DNA of 64,000 nucleotides from Piromyces finnis finn (GCA_002104945.1 MCFH01000035.1:372001-436000); one strand, 5' to 3'. Counted from the stretch's first letter, positions 14,154 through 32,525 are shown. Notes: a model not told the origin generated them from the letters alone. Program-made: numbers and translations.

Positions 14154-15178
14154 TTAGAGCTTAGAAGCGTTACCCATGCTGTAAACCTTGTGGATGTAAA
14201 GCTTTTCAGCATCAGTCCAAACACGAGCTTCTTCACGAGACTTGAGTTGTAATAAAGATGGTAATAAATCGTGAACGAATTGTTCACTAGCTTCACGTGG
14301 AAGAAGAGTTGGAAGGTGATCAATAGAGATAATATCACATGGCTTAGAGTTCTTAGTCTTAAGAACAATGCATGGATCATCGAAAGTAGTACAGTAGTTG
14401 TAAACTGGAATTGGGTTGTGTGGGTTAGTAGCATCACAAGAAACATCAACAATGACAGAAAGGTTACGTTCACCATCGAGCATTTCCTTAGTAAGGAATG
14501 GTGGAATTGGCTTAGAAAGGTAAATACAGTTAACGAAAATATCAGCTTCTAAGATTTCCTTGAATGGACCACCACGAGCAGTTTCGTTTCTGTCCCATCT
14601 CATAATGTTAGATTCTGGAATACCGAGAAGCTTGGCCATATCGCAAGCACCGGTACCACAACGACCAAGAGCACCCATAACCATAACCTTTGGAACTCTA
14701 CCAGCCTTCTTGATGGCAACTTGTAACTTAGTCTTAATGTCCTTAACAAGAGCATCTTGGTTTGGATATGGGTTGATTCTTGGGTACTTTTGAATTGGCT
14801 TATCACTGACTTGTTGAAGAGCCCAGGTTAAAGCACCAACAGCACAACCAGAGAAACCAGCGAAGTAACCGAAAGCAGCAACACGACGACCATTCTTATC
14901 TTGTAAGAATTCAAGATCTAATAAAGTACCGTTACCACGCTTGAATCTACCTAAAACATCCTTCCAACCAGCTTGTTGCTTGAAACAGTGAGCAAACATG
15001 ATGTGTTGGTGAATTAATGGACTGTTATCATTTTCTGGTAATTCCTTTAAACCAATGATGTAAGTTTCCTTTGGGGCATTACGCCATGAACCAGCTGGAA
15101 CAAGCTTACAACCAACCCTTTAATAAAAAATAAATTTTAATATATTTTATAAATAAAATGATTTTATTAATAAATGAT

Positions 15179-15210
<32 letters not shown>

Positions 15211-15493
15211 GAATTAATTAATTTATCATTATTCTACTTTTAGTATTAAATATTATTAAAAACAAATTAATTCCTATTTTAATAAGAATAAATTATTCAA
15301 AATATAACTATATTTATTAATATTGATCATTTAATATTTACTTTTCGTATTCAGAGTCATCGAAAATGGAAGCTTCACTTCTTTCAATGGTAACATCAAA
15401 ACCATTGTCAAGTAAAACCTTAGCGTATTGTGGAGTTAAGGCAGCACGTTGTTCGTTTTTCTTAGTTTCAGCACGAAGAAGAATGGAAACCAT
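14154..15493 (-). CDS. LYS1: Saccharopine dehydrogenase (NAD+, L-lysine-forming), 371 aa, 2 exons
   Basis: Exons 15493-15342 and 15117-14154. Motifs LRAETKKNEQRAALTP, IIGLKELPE, HIMFAHCFKQQAGW, LLDLEFL, RRVAAFGYFAGFSG, VMGALGRCGTGA, VDVSCD and IDHLPTLLPREASE. Confidence 0.97.
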
Positions 15494-18115
15494 TTTAACT
15501 TTTAATTATGTATTTTAATATTTAAATATTAATTAGAATGATTTTAATTTGATTATAAATTTATTTATTTTATCAATATAATAATAAATTGACTATAATA
15601 AACACAACTGATATCTAATATTTATATTTATTTTACATAAATCTTCTCTATTTTACCTTTTATAATAAATAATAAAAAATATTATGTTACAGTTAAAAAA
15701 AAAAAAAGGAAAAATGAAGAATATTTATATAAAATCCATCCTAATGAATAATACAACATTTTATATATTGTAGTAAATATACTTTAATATATAGATCAAT
15801 TAAAAAATGATTCAATTTTAAATGGATAGGAATAAAAAATTCATTAAATACATACATTATTAATGTATTTAAATTATTGTAATGTGTATAATGTAATTAA
15901 ATCTATATGAATAAGATCATCAAATCAAGAGATGTAAGGTATAGATTTTAACCAATAGAATTTAACGATAAGACTTTTTTTAATAGATTGATGAAAAAAT
16001 AAAAATCTTTGATGAAATTTTTATCGCTAGAAAATGAATGCTACAAATACGAAACGGAAATAAATCCAACCTTTTTTATAGGAAATTAGAATATGAAAAA
16101 AGATGATGATGAATTATGACTGACTTTATTTTTTTTCCTACTTTCCCTCTTAAAATATTAAATAAAATAAAAAGAAAAAGATTAGTTTTTTTTTATATTT
16201 CTAAAATTTTAATTAATAATAAAATTTAAAATGTGTTTGTAAGGATTAGGATTTGTTAAATGATAACTTTAAAAGTATCTTTAGGAAAAGATGCTCTTTT
16301 TAATTAATTCTTTTTTTTAAAAAATTTAAACTTTCAAAGTTTAAAACTTCAAATATTAAAAATTCTGTATTTCTCTCACTTGGAAAAAAAAAAAAGAATT
16401 TATAAAATATTAATAAATATTATGAAAATAATAAAATAGTATGAGTATAATAAATATTATGAATATAATAAAAGATTCAAATATTGGAAATTTTGTAAAT
16501 TATAAATAATTATGGATATATTATTATGAATGATTGGAATATTATGAATAATTACGGATATTTAACTTTTGTATGCACATATTAAATAGCAATATTTCAT
16601 ACTTTTATTAGTTTTATAAAAATAATTTAAAAATAATAATAATATCATAGTTTGAAAATGTAAATTTTTTGTTTATTCTATTGTTATTAACAATTTTATT
16701 TTATGGAAAAGTGAGTAGATAATCATATTAGCATACAATTAGAACATGTAGCAAATTTAAATTTAAATCCCTAATTACAACGCACAAAATTTGATAAAAT
16801 TGAAAAAATATTTATAAAAGTTTAAATAAATTTATTTCTTTCATTTAAATTTCCATCTACTGTAAATGGCGTTTTATTTAACTGTTAAACAAAATAGCAA
16901 TAGTTATTTATTTATTTTTTTTAATATCATTACTAATAATTACTAAGAAGATTAAGACACAATATTACATATTGTTATTTAATGGGTTAGATTTTTATAT
17001 TTATTAATAAGGGTTAGAAATAAGTGATTGCCATTCTAAATCTAAAACGAATTTTAATAAAAGTTACTTAAATATTTATAAAATTATTTAAATAAGACTA
17101 TTATAAATTATATAGCATTAAATAATTGCACTACTACTACAAGTATTCAATAATAAATAATATAGATCATATATTTAGTTGTAATATAACAAGTATTAGT
17201 CATACTAAAATTAATCATTTAACTGTAATCCATGCATAAAGCCAATTTTATGAATATTTTCATAATATTTTCATCTGTTATTTGGTAAAATTAACTTTTG
17301 CTATTAAACTTTTATTAAGCAGCAAAATTTTTAATAAAAATCTTTTTAATTTTTACCATATTTTTTGTAAATCGTTTGTTGGCTTGTGAAATTTTACAAT
17401 AAATATTTTATCATTATCATCCAATCATATATTACTATTGTTATTAATGTATACATTATATATATAAGTTCTATGGCAGGGATTATTAAAAGTTTATTTA
17501 AAATTCGTGGCTTTATTAAGTATTATTATTTAATTTTTTTATTTTATTTTAGTTTTTACTAATTAAATAATTTACTATAAAGGAAAAGAAGACATTTTGA
17601 AGATAGTGGCATTTATTTAAATATATATTCATTTGGTAAAGTAGTAAAAGATTTAAACTAAATAAAAACATATAATAATAATTTGTTGAACATGAAAATA
17701 ATTATTTACCAAATATATATAGATATTTTATAAGATTTGAAATTTGAAAATTTTATATTTTATTAAAGAATACTCTTTAATGTTTAATAAAATTATAATA
17801 GTGTTAGCTTAGTTGTTTCTATATTTAAAAAATAAAATTAAGATTTTTATAATACACCAATTAACTTAATAATACTGCGGTTACTATTTTATTTTATTTT
17901 ATTTTATTTTATTTTATTGCATTTTATTTTGGTTTATGTATAAATATAATAACATAATAATATAAAAGTATTGAATGGTTTTAAATATTTGTAAATAAAG
18001 TTAAATAATAATGATAAATAAGTATAATTTATAAAAAGATAATAAATTAGAAAATTTAATAACATTAATTTTAATATATATATGCATTTTTTTTTTTTAT
18101 TTCTATTATAAGACT

Positions 18116-18816
18116 ATGAATGTTGATACTAATAACAACGAACATATTAGAACCATTAATAGTATACAAAATGAAGAAAATGCAAAAGAGGAAAAGGAAC
18201 ATTCATATTCCCCACAATTTACTAATGTAGAGGATAATGAAATTGTTCATCAAAAAGTATTTTTAGTTATTGGACGTGCAGGAAATAGAGAAACTTATTT
18301 TGAAGGAACTATTGTTGTAAAACATGAAGACTTACCAACTTTACAATATCCAATTAGTAATTCGTAATTATTATTAAAATAATATATTTATATTATTTAA
18401 TTCAATTTTATAAAAATTAAAAAATGAATAAACTTTTACAATATATATTAATAATATATAATATATGTAATTATATATATATATCTAAAGACATTTTAAG
18501 GCATTAGTTATGCTTGTACCTGGATATAATAATTTCTCATTTGAATTTCATGATCCAGTAACCCAAAATTTCTATGTTACAGAATTACATATGTATTATT
18601 TACCATTACTACAAAATCCGCCATTACATCTCGCAATATTAATAGCAAGTGATAGTGAAGAAGTTTTTGATGTTCCTCGTTATAAGGATGAATATTCTGT
18701 TAATGGTTTAGATAAAGCAATTGAAAAATTAAGGTAATTAACAATTTCATTGACATGAAGTGAAAATGTCAATTTTATTTTTACTATCTTACTATCTTTA
18801 TTTTATATTATTATTA

Positions 18817-18859
<43 letters not shown>

Positions 18860-20973
18860 AAGTTATAAATGTTATTAAAATTATTATTAATATTAATATT
18901 TTCTTTTATTTTACTTTTTTTTGAAATTATTTTGTTTATTAAAATAAATGTATATATATATATATTTCTTTTTAAAAGATGTGTTGCTTATATGTGGCAA
19001 GCATTTACTTCTGAACAAATGAATCGCCAAGGATTTGGTAGACGTACATTTAGACTTGAAGAATGTTGGTTAGAGGGTAATATGCAATATAATTATTTCA
19101 GTAACACCATTTTTTTTTTTTTTTTATTATGAATAATTAAATATTTAATAAATTATTTTTAATATATATATAAAACATATTATTAATATGATTGAAAATA
19201 GATACAATACTTCAATCAAGAGAATTATCAAGTACAGCTAAGGTTTATGTTATAAGAACAGAAAAAACTGTAAATGAATTACGTTCAAAAAATTGTAATA
19301 TATATAATGTATTTTTAGAAGCGTTGAAAAATTATGGTTCTCCATTTAATAAAATTTGCTATGTTGCAGGTTTAATTTTGGATAGTCATTATGATAAAGA
19401 AACAGATACTGTTTTAGGTCATCAATCCTTGGGAGGTGGTTCAGGTCATATAGGTTTAGGTATATTTGGTTCACAGCAAATACATACATGGCCAACAAGT
19501 CTTGAGGATATTGTACCATGTTTAACTGATAATACTTCAAATGATCCAATAAGGTGTGGATCAAAACTTGGAGGATGTAAGTATCATATTATAAATAAAT
19601 AAAAAAAAAAAAAATATTTTAAAATAAATTTAGTTTAGATATATAAAGTTAAAACAGCTATTCACTATTAGAGTTGATTAAGTGAATGAGTGAATGAATA
19701 AAAAATAAATAATATATTAATTATTATTATAATTGTTATAATTACTTACTATTTTTATAATAATATTTAATAAATTAAATCTTAAAAAATGTTTCAATAA
19801 CAACAACAATAAAAATCGATAGCCAATTCAAACTTTAGATGTTTTAATTATAGTGCTGGTGCTATGTTACACGAAATAGGTCATTGTTTATCATTAACAC
19901 ATTCACCAACAGGTATCATGAGTAATGGTTATCAAAACTTTAATAGAGCATTTGTTTCTTGGGAACCAGGACGTCGTGGAATAGCACCATCAGAAGAAAA
20001 GGGTGCTCACTGGCATAGATTTGATTGTATTCGATTTAGATATCATCCATGCTTTAGATTACCTAATGATGCTATACAATATAAGAAATTAATTGATAGT
20101 CCAACCTTTTATTATACTCAAACTGGTGTTTCTGTAAAGTCAGAATCCGGTATAATATTAGTGGAATACTGGATAGATAATAAAATTAAATGTTATAAAG
20201 ATTATTCTAGTGATTATTTAGATGAAATTCCAACAGAACTTTTAATTTCGATGAAAGATATCGGTCGATCTAATATCCACAATAAAAAGCTAAAAGTTAA
20301 TATTATATCCACCAATTGTAAATGTACTACGATTGAAGACTTGGCCGGTTTTATTGAGAATAGAAATCCTGAATATCATCGTTTACATGGCACTTTCTAT
20401 AGAAGCTATGAAGTTGGTCTTCATGGACTTGAAGTTGAAAAGCACGATACCCAACCTTTCTCTGTTATATTTAAAACTTCTATTTCTCGCATGGTTCTTT
20501 ACGGTGGTACTTTCTTTAACGGTTTTAAGGTTATATTCTCAAATGGACATGAATCTAGAATAGTTCACCCTGAAGGTGAAAATAAACGCGTTCTTTCTTT
20601 CTACAATAATGATTCTATTTCAAAAATTTATGTTCGTGCAAGTACCTGGATTGATGGTATAGAAATCGAATTGAAATCAGGTGTTAAAAGTGGTTGGTGT
20701 GGTGGTTATGGTGGTGAACTTTACATTCTTAGTCCTCCAGCTCATCATCAAATTGTTGGTTTATACGGTACTGGAAAGAAGGATCATTGGTTAGATTCTT
20801 TTGGTATTAAATATGTTAGGAAATCTGAAAATAATAATATACCATCACCTCTTAATACCATTGAAACACTTCCAGCTTCAGGAATGAATGTAACCCATAT
20901 TATTAATAATAAGTCTACATTTTCATATCATATTCAAGAAACTCAAAACCCAAATGCTATCATTGAAAATTAA
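18116..20973 (+). CDS. Putative zinc metallopeptidase with C-terminal jacalin-like lectin domain (YIL108W/Metallopep family), about 704 aa, 5 exons
   Basis: Exons 18116-18363, 18491-18733, 18979-19076, 19202-19576 and 19823-20973, with consistent phases. Motifs HFKALVML, YMWQAFTSEQMNRQGFGRRTFRLEE, GLGIFGS, zinc site GAMLHEIGHCLSLTH with Met-turn GIM, and jacalin-like WIDGIEI...SGWCGGYGG...IVGLYG. The start codon is less certain because an AG precedes it at 18111-18112. Confidence 0.85.
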
Positions 20974-21906
20974 ATTCTTAAAGTTGTAAAAAAAAAAAGT
21001 AAAAGAAAAAATATTATATTTAGTATTTAAAATTAAAACTTTTTTTTTTCTTTATCTATTTTATAAAAAATAAATAAATAAATAAATAAATATGATTCTT
21101 CTATATAAATAAATGCATAATAGTACAATTCTTTTTTTTTTTTTTTAACTTTTCAAAACATGAAAAATTTAAATTGTTAATTTTCAAATCTATATAAAAT
21201 TTAATTGTAGTTTATAACTTTTTTCTTTTTTTTTTGATATTTTGTTTAAAATACGTATAGATGAATAAAATGAAGTAATAGTATTTTTCAAAATATTAAA
21301 AATAATGAAAAAAAAAAAAAAAAAATTGTACTATTAATACAAACACTTTTGTGATAATGAAATTTATTAATAAAGTTAATTAAATAATACTATTAAAATA
21401 TAAATGAAAATGAATTTTTCTTTTTTCTTTTTTTCTTTATTTATTAAAATTTATTTTGATGAACTTCTTAACCGAAACTTTAATTTTATTTATATTTTGT
21501 CCATCTGTAGCAAATACGATTTTCAAAAGATATATTTAAAGTTAATTTTTAAAAGTTTTAATAATATATAATAATAATAAAAATTGCGTTTATAGGTTTT
21601 TTCTATTTTTTTTTTTATATTATTTACAGTTTTGTAATTATAATTATTATTATTTTACTAATTATTTTGTGACAATTTAGAATAGATCATTTCTACCAAA
21701 ATTTAAATAAAAAAGAAATACTATAATATTCCGTTTTTATGTTGGAAGCAATAAAAAAAAAAAAAAAATATAGTGTTAATAATAAATGAAATTATATATA
21801 TAAATAACCGAAAATTTTTACAAAGAGTAAAATATATATATATATATATAAATATATAAATATATATATTTCTATACTATAAAAAAAAAAAAAAAAAAAA
21901 AAAAAG

Positions 21907-26306
<4,400 letters not shown>

Positions 26307-27183
26307 AACTTTTAGTAATTTATAAAATAAATGAATAATAAAAAAAAGATTAGTTATTCAATAATTTATTAAATTATTATTTTTAGTAATAATGTTATAT
26401 ATTTTCCTTCTTCCTAGTAAATATTCCTTTTTTTTTTTTTATTTTTAGTTAAATGTTAAATACTTTTTTTTTTAATTTAAAATGAAAATTAGAAAATAAA
26501 GAAAAAGTAAAAAGTAAAAGAACACAAATTCAATTTTTTTTTTTTTTAATATATATAAATTAAAATTTATTAGTTTTATACATTTTTTTTTAAAAAAAAA
26601 AAACAGAAAGAATACTAAAAGTTGATTTTAAAAATTACTTTTTAATTTATTTTTAATTTAATTTTTCTTTTTTTTTTTTTCAAAAGAAAAAGAAAAAAAA
26701 AAAAAAAAGAAAAATGGGATTGAAATATAACTATAGTGTAAAAGATGTGATTTTATAATACAAAAGTTTTTACTAGAAATTATAAATATAAAACTATTTT
26801 TTTTTTCTTTTTGTAAAAAAAAAAAAAAAAAGAAATTATGAAATTATGTAATAAATTATCATTATTATTAGATTATTTACTGCCTATTTTACTACCTAGA
26901 GTAAATTATCATTTAGGTAATTAAACATAATAAATAAATAAATAAAAAAAAAAAAAAACAACTATTTTTAAAATATTAATGATTCTATTATTTTTTTTTT
27001 TATAAAAATAACTTGGCTATTTATGAAACTATGTATCGAGTTTATAAATAATTTGAATAAATAATACTATATAAATAATATTATAGTATATTTTATTTAT
27101 TATTATTATTATTTTTTTTTTTTTTTGATTTTGATTTTTTAAATATTTCATAATAATAATATCTTAATATATTATAATATTAT

Positions 27184-29591
27184 TTATTTAGATAAATTAT
27201 TGAGAAAGAAAGTACCAAGAGCACCAAAATAACCTTCATGCCTTATTTAATGAAAATAATGAATAAAATTTCAAAAAAAAAAAAAAAAAAAAAACATATT
27301 TAATATAAATATTTATAAATATTCTTCTTTTTTTATTAAAAAATCTAAGATTATAATTCTTACTTTAAGAAATGGGCTTGAATTTCACCATGACTCCAAA
27401 AATGAATAGCTTTAGCTAAAGCTTTCATGGCAATAACATTTGATCTGTAGATTTTAAATTTATTTCAATTTAATTTAGAAAAAATCTTAATATAAAAAAT
27501 ATTATAAATATTTTAGATTTTCTACCTTAAGAAATTTCCTGAAAAGTATATTTTAGTTAAATTATATCTCATGGCATTTAAATAGGCTACTTGTCCAACA
27601 TTATTTGTTATCTATTTTATTAAACATTAATTAGATTTTTTTTTTTTTTTTTTTTTTTTGGAATAAATTATTATTTTTTTCTTATTTTAATAGATTACCA
27701 TAACAAGTAAGGCTAAGTTATTTTAAAAAAGAGAAAATACAATAATAAAATTAATAAAAATTATTTACCAATTATTATTTTTTATTCAAGAATTTTATTT
27801 ATTTTTAATATTTTCTTACCATTACATATATCAGCATCACTTGCTTTATCCATTGTACCATTTTTAGCAAATTTACCAAAGAAACTAGCAACCATTTCAG
27901 CTGGTAAATTAAAGGATTGATATTCTCCTCCATATATATCACTATATTATATATTTAATATTTATTAATATAAAGATAATTGTAAATTTTATATTCTATT
28001 GAATGTCAATGATTAATTATTTACCCAACGAGCTATTTATTATTAAATAACATGAATATAAAATTATTATTTAGTTTTAAATTCTCAGGATATGTAATTA
28101 TAATTATTCATATTATATATTCATATTATTTACCATATTAACATTAGAGGAATCTCCTTCTCTACTAGCTTGTAAAGCTTCATCAAAACTATTGATATTC
28201 GTTAAAGCTCTAACTAAACCAAAGAATGTTGCTCCACCAATACCACTACCAGAAACTCTTTCAAATGTATTTTCATCTTTTACATGCAAAACACTTACAC
28301 CACTACCAACATTAACTAATAAGTAGGGGAAAATAGATTTTTTATCGGCGTCGTAAACATCTGGAATTGGTTTATCACTAATTATTGTATTATCAATTTT
28401 ATAATGATAACTTTCATTTGGTGAATATTTTAATAAGGCATTTAAACCAGTTAAGAGTGATTTACTTTATAAAGTATGATTTATATTATTTATATATTAT
28501 ATTATATTATTATTATTAATCATGATTAATGTTATTATGATATTGTTAATGATAATTAATGTTAGTTTTATATACATGATAATCTATTTAAAATAAATTA
28601 TAAATATTTACAATTCATCATATTTTTTAATTTCAATATCATAATGTTCTCTGAAATATTCTTCGAATTTGTAAGAACCACCTCCTGTACAACTAATTTG
28701 TTTAATATTTTTTATTATATCATTTTGAAATATAAGTTCAACAGCATTTTTTACTCTTTGAGTTTCAAACTATATATATACATTAAATATATATATTTGA
28801 TATATTATTAAATTATAAATTAGTCTAATGCCAACTATTAAAAATAATAAAAATAAAATTTAATTATTATTTATTTTTATAAATTACCAATATGAAATGA
28901 ATGCATCCGTTTTTAGTTTTAATAGATTTGTATCTATCACGAATACCACTGAAACCTATTATACAATGATTATATGAATTAATAATTGTATTATTATCAT
29001 ATAAACATTAATAATATTGTTAATATTTTTTTTTCTTTTTTACCATAATCTTCAGTGGAAAAAATGTTATTTTTAAGACTATTGAATAATTCTTTTATTT
29101 CATTATTATCAAAATTTTCGATATTACAATCATAAAATATTATCTATTATTTATATAGATGTAAAATTATAGGATACATTTAATAATAATAGTAATTTTT
29201 TTAATTCATACTTATAAACTATTTATTCTATAAATAAATTATTACTTTGCATAATGAACCACCAATATCCATTGCAAATAAAGAATCTAAATTATATTGT
29301 TTTGTATCAAGTTCAATTAAATCTTCATAATTTTCAATTATTCTAGCAAAAGATTTTAATGCTACTTGATGTTTAATAACTTCATTTAAAATATCATTAT
29401 TTGAAGAGCCTGTTGAATGTTCATTTGTGGCTATATTTAACATTATATTATTATATATAAATTTAATACATACTTTAAATTATATTTTAATTAATTAGAT
29501 AATAATAGAAATGTTATATACTTTTATTGGTAAACTTTTTGAAGGATTTTTCTTCATTATTAATATTGTATGATTTATTAATTGTTGGCAT
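27184..29591 (-). CDS. CAB1: Type II (eukaryotic/fumble) pantothenate kinase, about 426 aa, 12 exons
   Basis: Exons 29591-29522, 29430-29246, 29143-29044, 28955-28888, 28769-28612, 28464-28134, 28032-28025, 27941-27820, 27712-27699, 27611-27526, 27444-27364 and 27241-27184; the total of 1281 nt is in frame. Motifs FAMDIGGSLCK, TGGGSYKF, FPYLLVNVGSGVS, GSGIGGATFFGL, NMLVGDIYGG, ITNNVGQVAYLNA, FSGNFLR and FLKHEGYFGALG. Confidence 0.95.
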
Positions 29592-32247
29592 TTTTATTAA
29601 ATATTATTAAAGATTATTTTAAAAAAGTTATAAAGGATGGCTTATATGTTTATATTGGTACGATTATTATTTAGTGAATTTATTTTATTGAAAAATATAT
29701 TGTGAAAGTTTATTTAAATTTTATAATTTATGAAATTTGATTCTATTTTTAGGTAATATAATTATTATAATGTATGTATTTAATTTAATACTATATTATC
29801 ATGTTATATATATATATATTGTGGTGTCAAATACAATGAATATTTATTCTTATTAATATTATATTTTGAAAGAAGAATAAAAAATTTTATAAATATTTAT
29901 GTTATGTTTTAAATACTAAAATATATATGCAATATGCAATAAATTTTGATGAATTTCGAATTCTTTAAAATCAGTTGATTGAAATTTTAATATTTATCGT
30001 TTTATGTATATATATAAAAAAGCAATTAAATGCAATAAAATATCATAATATTAGCATTAATAATAATAATAATAATAATAATAACATATATATATATTGG
30101 TATTAATAAATGATTGATAGAGAGCTTATTTTAAAATTATAAATAATAAATTTTGTTAAATAATTTTAGAAAAAGCTCATATTTTGAAATAATTTTTTTT
30201 AATTTATTATTTTTGTATGAATTAATGTAATGGTCTTTTTTTTTTTTTTTAAATTATTATTTTAAATTTACTGTTAATTGAACTATAATGAATAGTGTAA
30301 TCCAATTAGAAATTCAACCTTTTTTTGATGAAATTGACCTAAAAAATAGAAATAGAAATATTTTAATATTTTTTTTTTCTATTTCAAATTTCAACTATTT
30401 TTTTTTTGGTTAAAATCTAAATATATTAATAATAATCTTCTAATATATAATTTCCATATAAAATTTAATTAAATTAAAATATTTAATATATTGCAAAGTA
30501 TATTGCAATATATACCCATTTAAAAGGTTTTGCAGGAGATGATAGAATTTATAATTATAAGTAGTTAAAAGGATGTTATTGATAATACCTATTATTAACA
30601 ATAGGCATTCCAATAAAGCAACTATATTTTTCTCCTATAAATTTCTATTAAGATTACTAATGATAAAACTTTATTATTTAGGCCTATTTTTTTTATTAAC
30701 AAGCAAAGGATGAAATAAGCATTATTAAAATTTTATAACCACAAAAATTCTGGCAGAATTAAATTTTCATTTGGCAAGCATAGCCTACTTTAAATAATTT
30801 TTACTACAAAGGCATATTCTATGGATTCCATATTTGTTAATATAAAACTCTATTGAATAAGATTTTTAATAATTAATCATAAGGATTAGGGTATTTTAAT
30901 TAAAAATATGTTCCAAAAGTTTTTACATATAAACTTTAATATAACACTAATACATTATTATTATATTATTCAAAAATAGTGAAATATATTGTAGTGTAAC
31001 AATAATATAAACATTTTATATATTATATATTTATATATAGATTTGGTATATAAAGTATTAAATTTATTAATAAAAGTGGATTACATTTTAAATTAAGTTT
31101 TTAAATAAAAATATTATTTATATATTATAATATATCCTGGGTTATATAAATACAATATACTATTAATAAATATGTTATATATACTATATTATATTATAAA
31201 GAAGAATATGATTTATTTTTTAAAATTAAAATTTCAAAAATTGATGATCTATTAATGAAATACTTTATTTATTAGAGTATATTGTAGAATATATTAAATT
31301 AATATTGATTTAATAAATTTCAATAAATTACTATAAATTCTGTTTATGGTAAAAAAAAATGGTTAAGTTTTTCCCAGAATAAGTCATAACTTAGTGGTAA
31401 ATACTATTACTAATAATAAGGGTATAAAGTATAAACTATGTATATTTGGTTGGTAAGAAAAATGTATATCGCTTTGTTTATTATTATTTCAGTATCTATT
31501 ATATTATACTACTAATAAAAGAAGCAGTTATTCTAACCCAGCGACTTAAATATCTAGCAAAATTTTAATTAAAATCTTTTTTTTGTTTAGATTTAATTTT
31601 AAAAATTTGAGAAATTTAATATATGAAATTCAATTGACTAAATATATAATATTTATACTCTACTTCATATATAAATATATTGAATATTTATATAGATGGG
31701 ACCCGGTTGAACTTTAAATACTCCGAGTATATAAAAAAGTTTATACTCATTTTGAACTTTAAAAAGAAATAATTACAAAGGCGATGAAATATAAATGAAT
31801 AAAATAATAATAATTAGATAAATTTATTAATTGATAAATAAGTAGATAAACATAACTTTAAATAATTTAATTATAAGGTATAAATAAGATTTTAATTGAA
31901 TTGTATACCAAATGTGGCTTTTTATTTTTATAAATATTAAATGTAATAAACCATAAGGTATATCTATGAAAAATATATATTTTATATCAAATCATATATG
32001 GCTTGTTAAATAATATTGTTAACGTAAAGTGTATTAATAGTTGTAAAATGTGTAATTGATGTATTATACAATAATACAGCAATAACAACAAAACATATTG
32101 TTATTAATTAAAAGAAAGGTGAACGGCATCTTAGTAAACTCCTAAGCAATAAATGCCTTTGACTAAAACACTATTTTATATTTTGTATAGTTGATTTTCA
32201 TGAATTTTAAAAGTCGTTCATAAGAGAAAATTTTGATCTTTTTATTC

Positions 32248-32446
32248 TTTGTTGGTATAAATCTATTACTTATTGGTGGGGGTGTTTATTATTAGAAGAA
32301 ATACAAACTAATAGCAATAATAACAATAAACATAATAATAATAATAATAAGCAGTTTATTATGTTTATTGTTATTATTGCTATTAGTTTGTATTTCTTCT
32401 AATAATAAACACCCCCACCAATAAGTAATAGATTTATACCAACAAA
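32248..32446. repeat. Perfect inverted repeat (91-bp arms, 17-nt loop)
   Basis: 32248-32338 is the exact reverse complement of 32356-32446. Confidence 0.95.
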
Positions 32447-32519
32447 CATAATAATAATAAACATAATAATAATACGAATACTAATAATACTAATAATAGT
32501 AGACTACTACGTTTACTAA

Positions 32520-32525
32520 TAATTA

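Noticed and set aside
14135-14806. Overlapping ORFs 14135-14476, 14271-14552, 14560-14793 and 14600-14806
   Set aside because: Shadows of the codon-biased LYS1 exon.
17473-17636. Upstream coding exons for the metallopeptidase (MAGIIKSLFKIRGF...)
   Set aside because: The candidate exons can be joined to each other but are out of phase with the acceptor at 18111-18112 (immediate stop).
31381-31420. tRNA-like A box (TAACTTAGTGGTAA)
   Set aside because: No B box or cloverleaf downstream.
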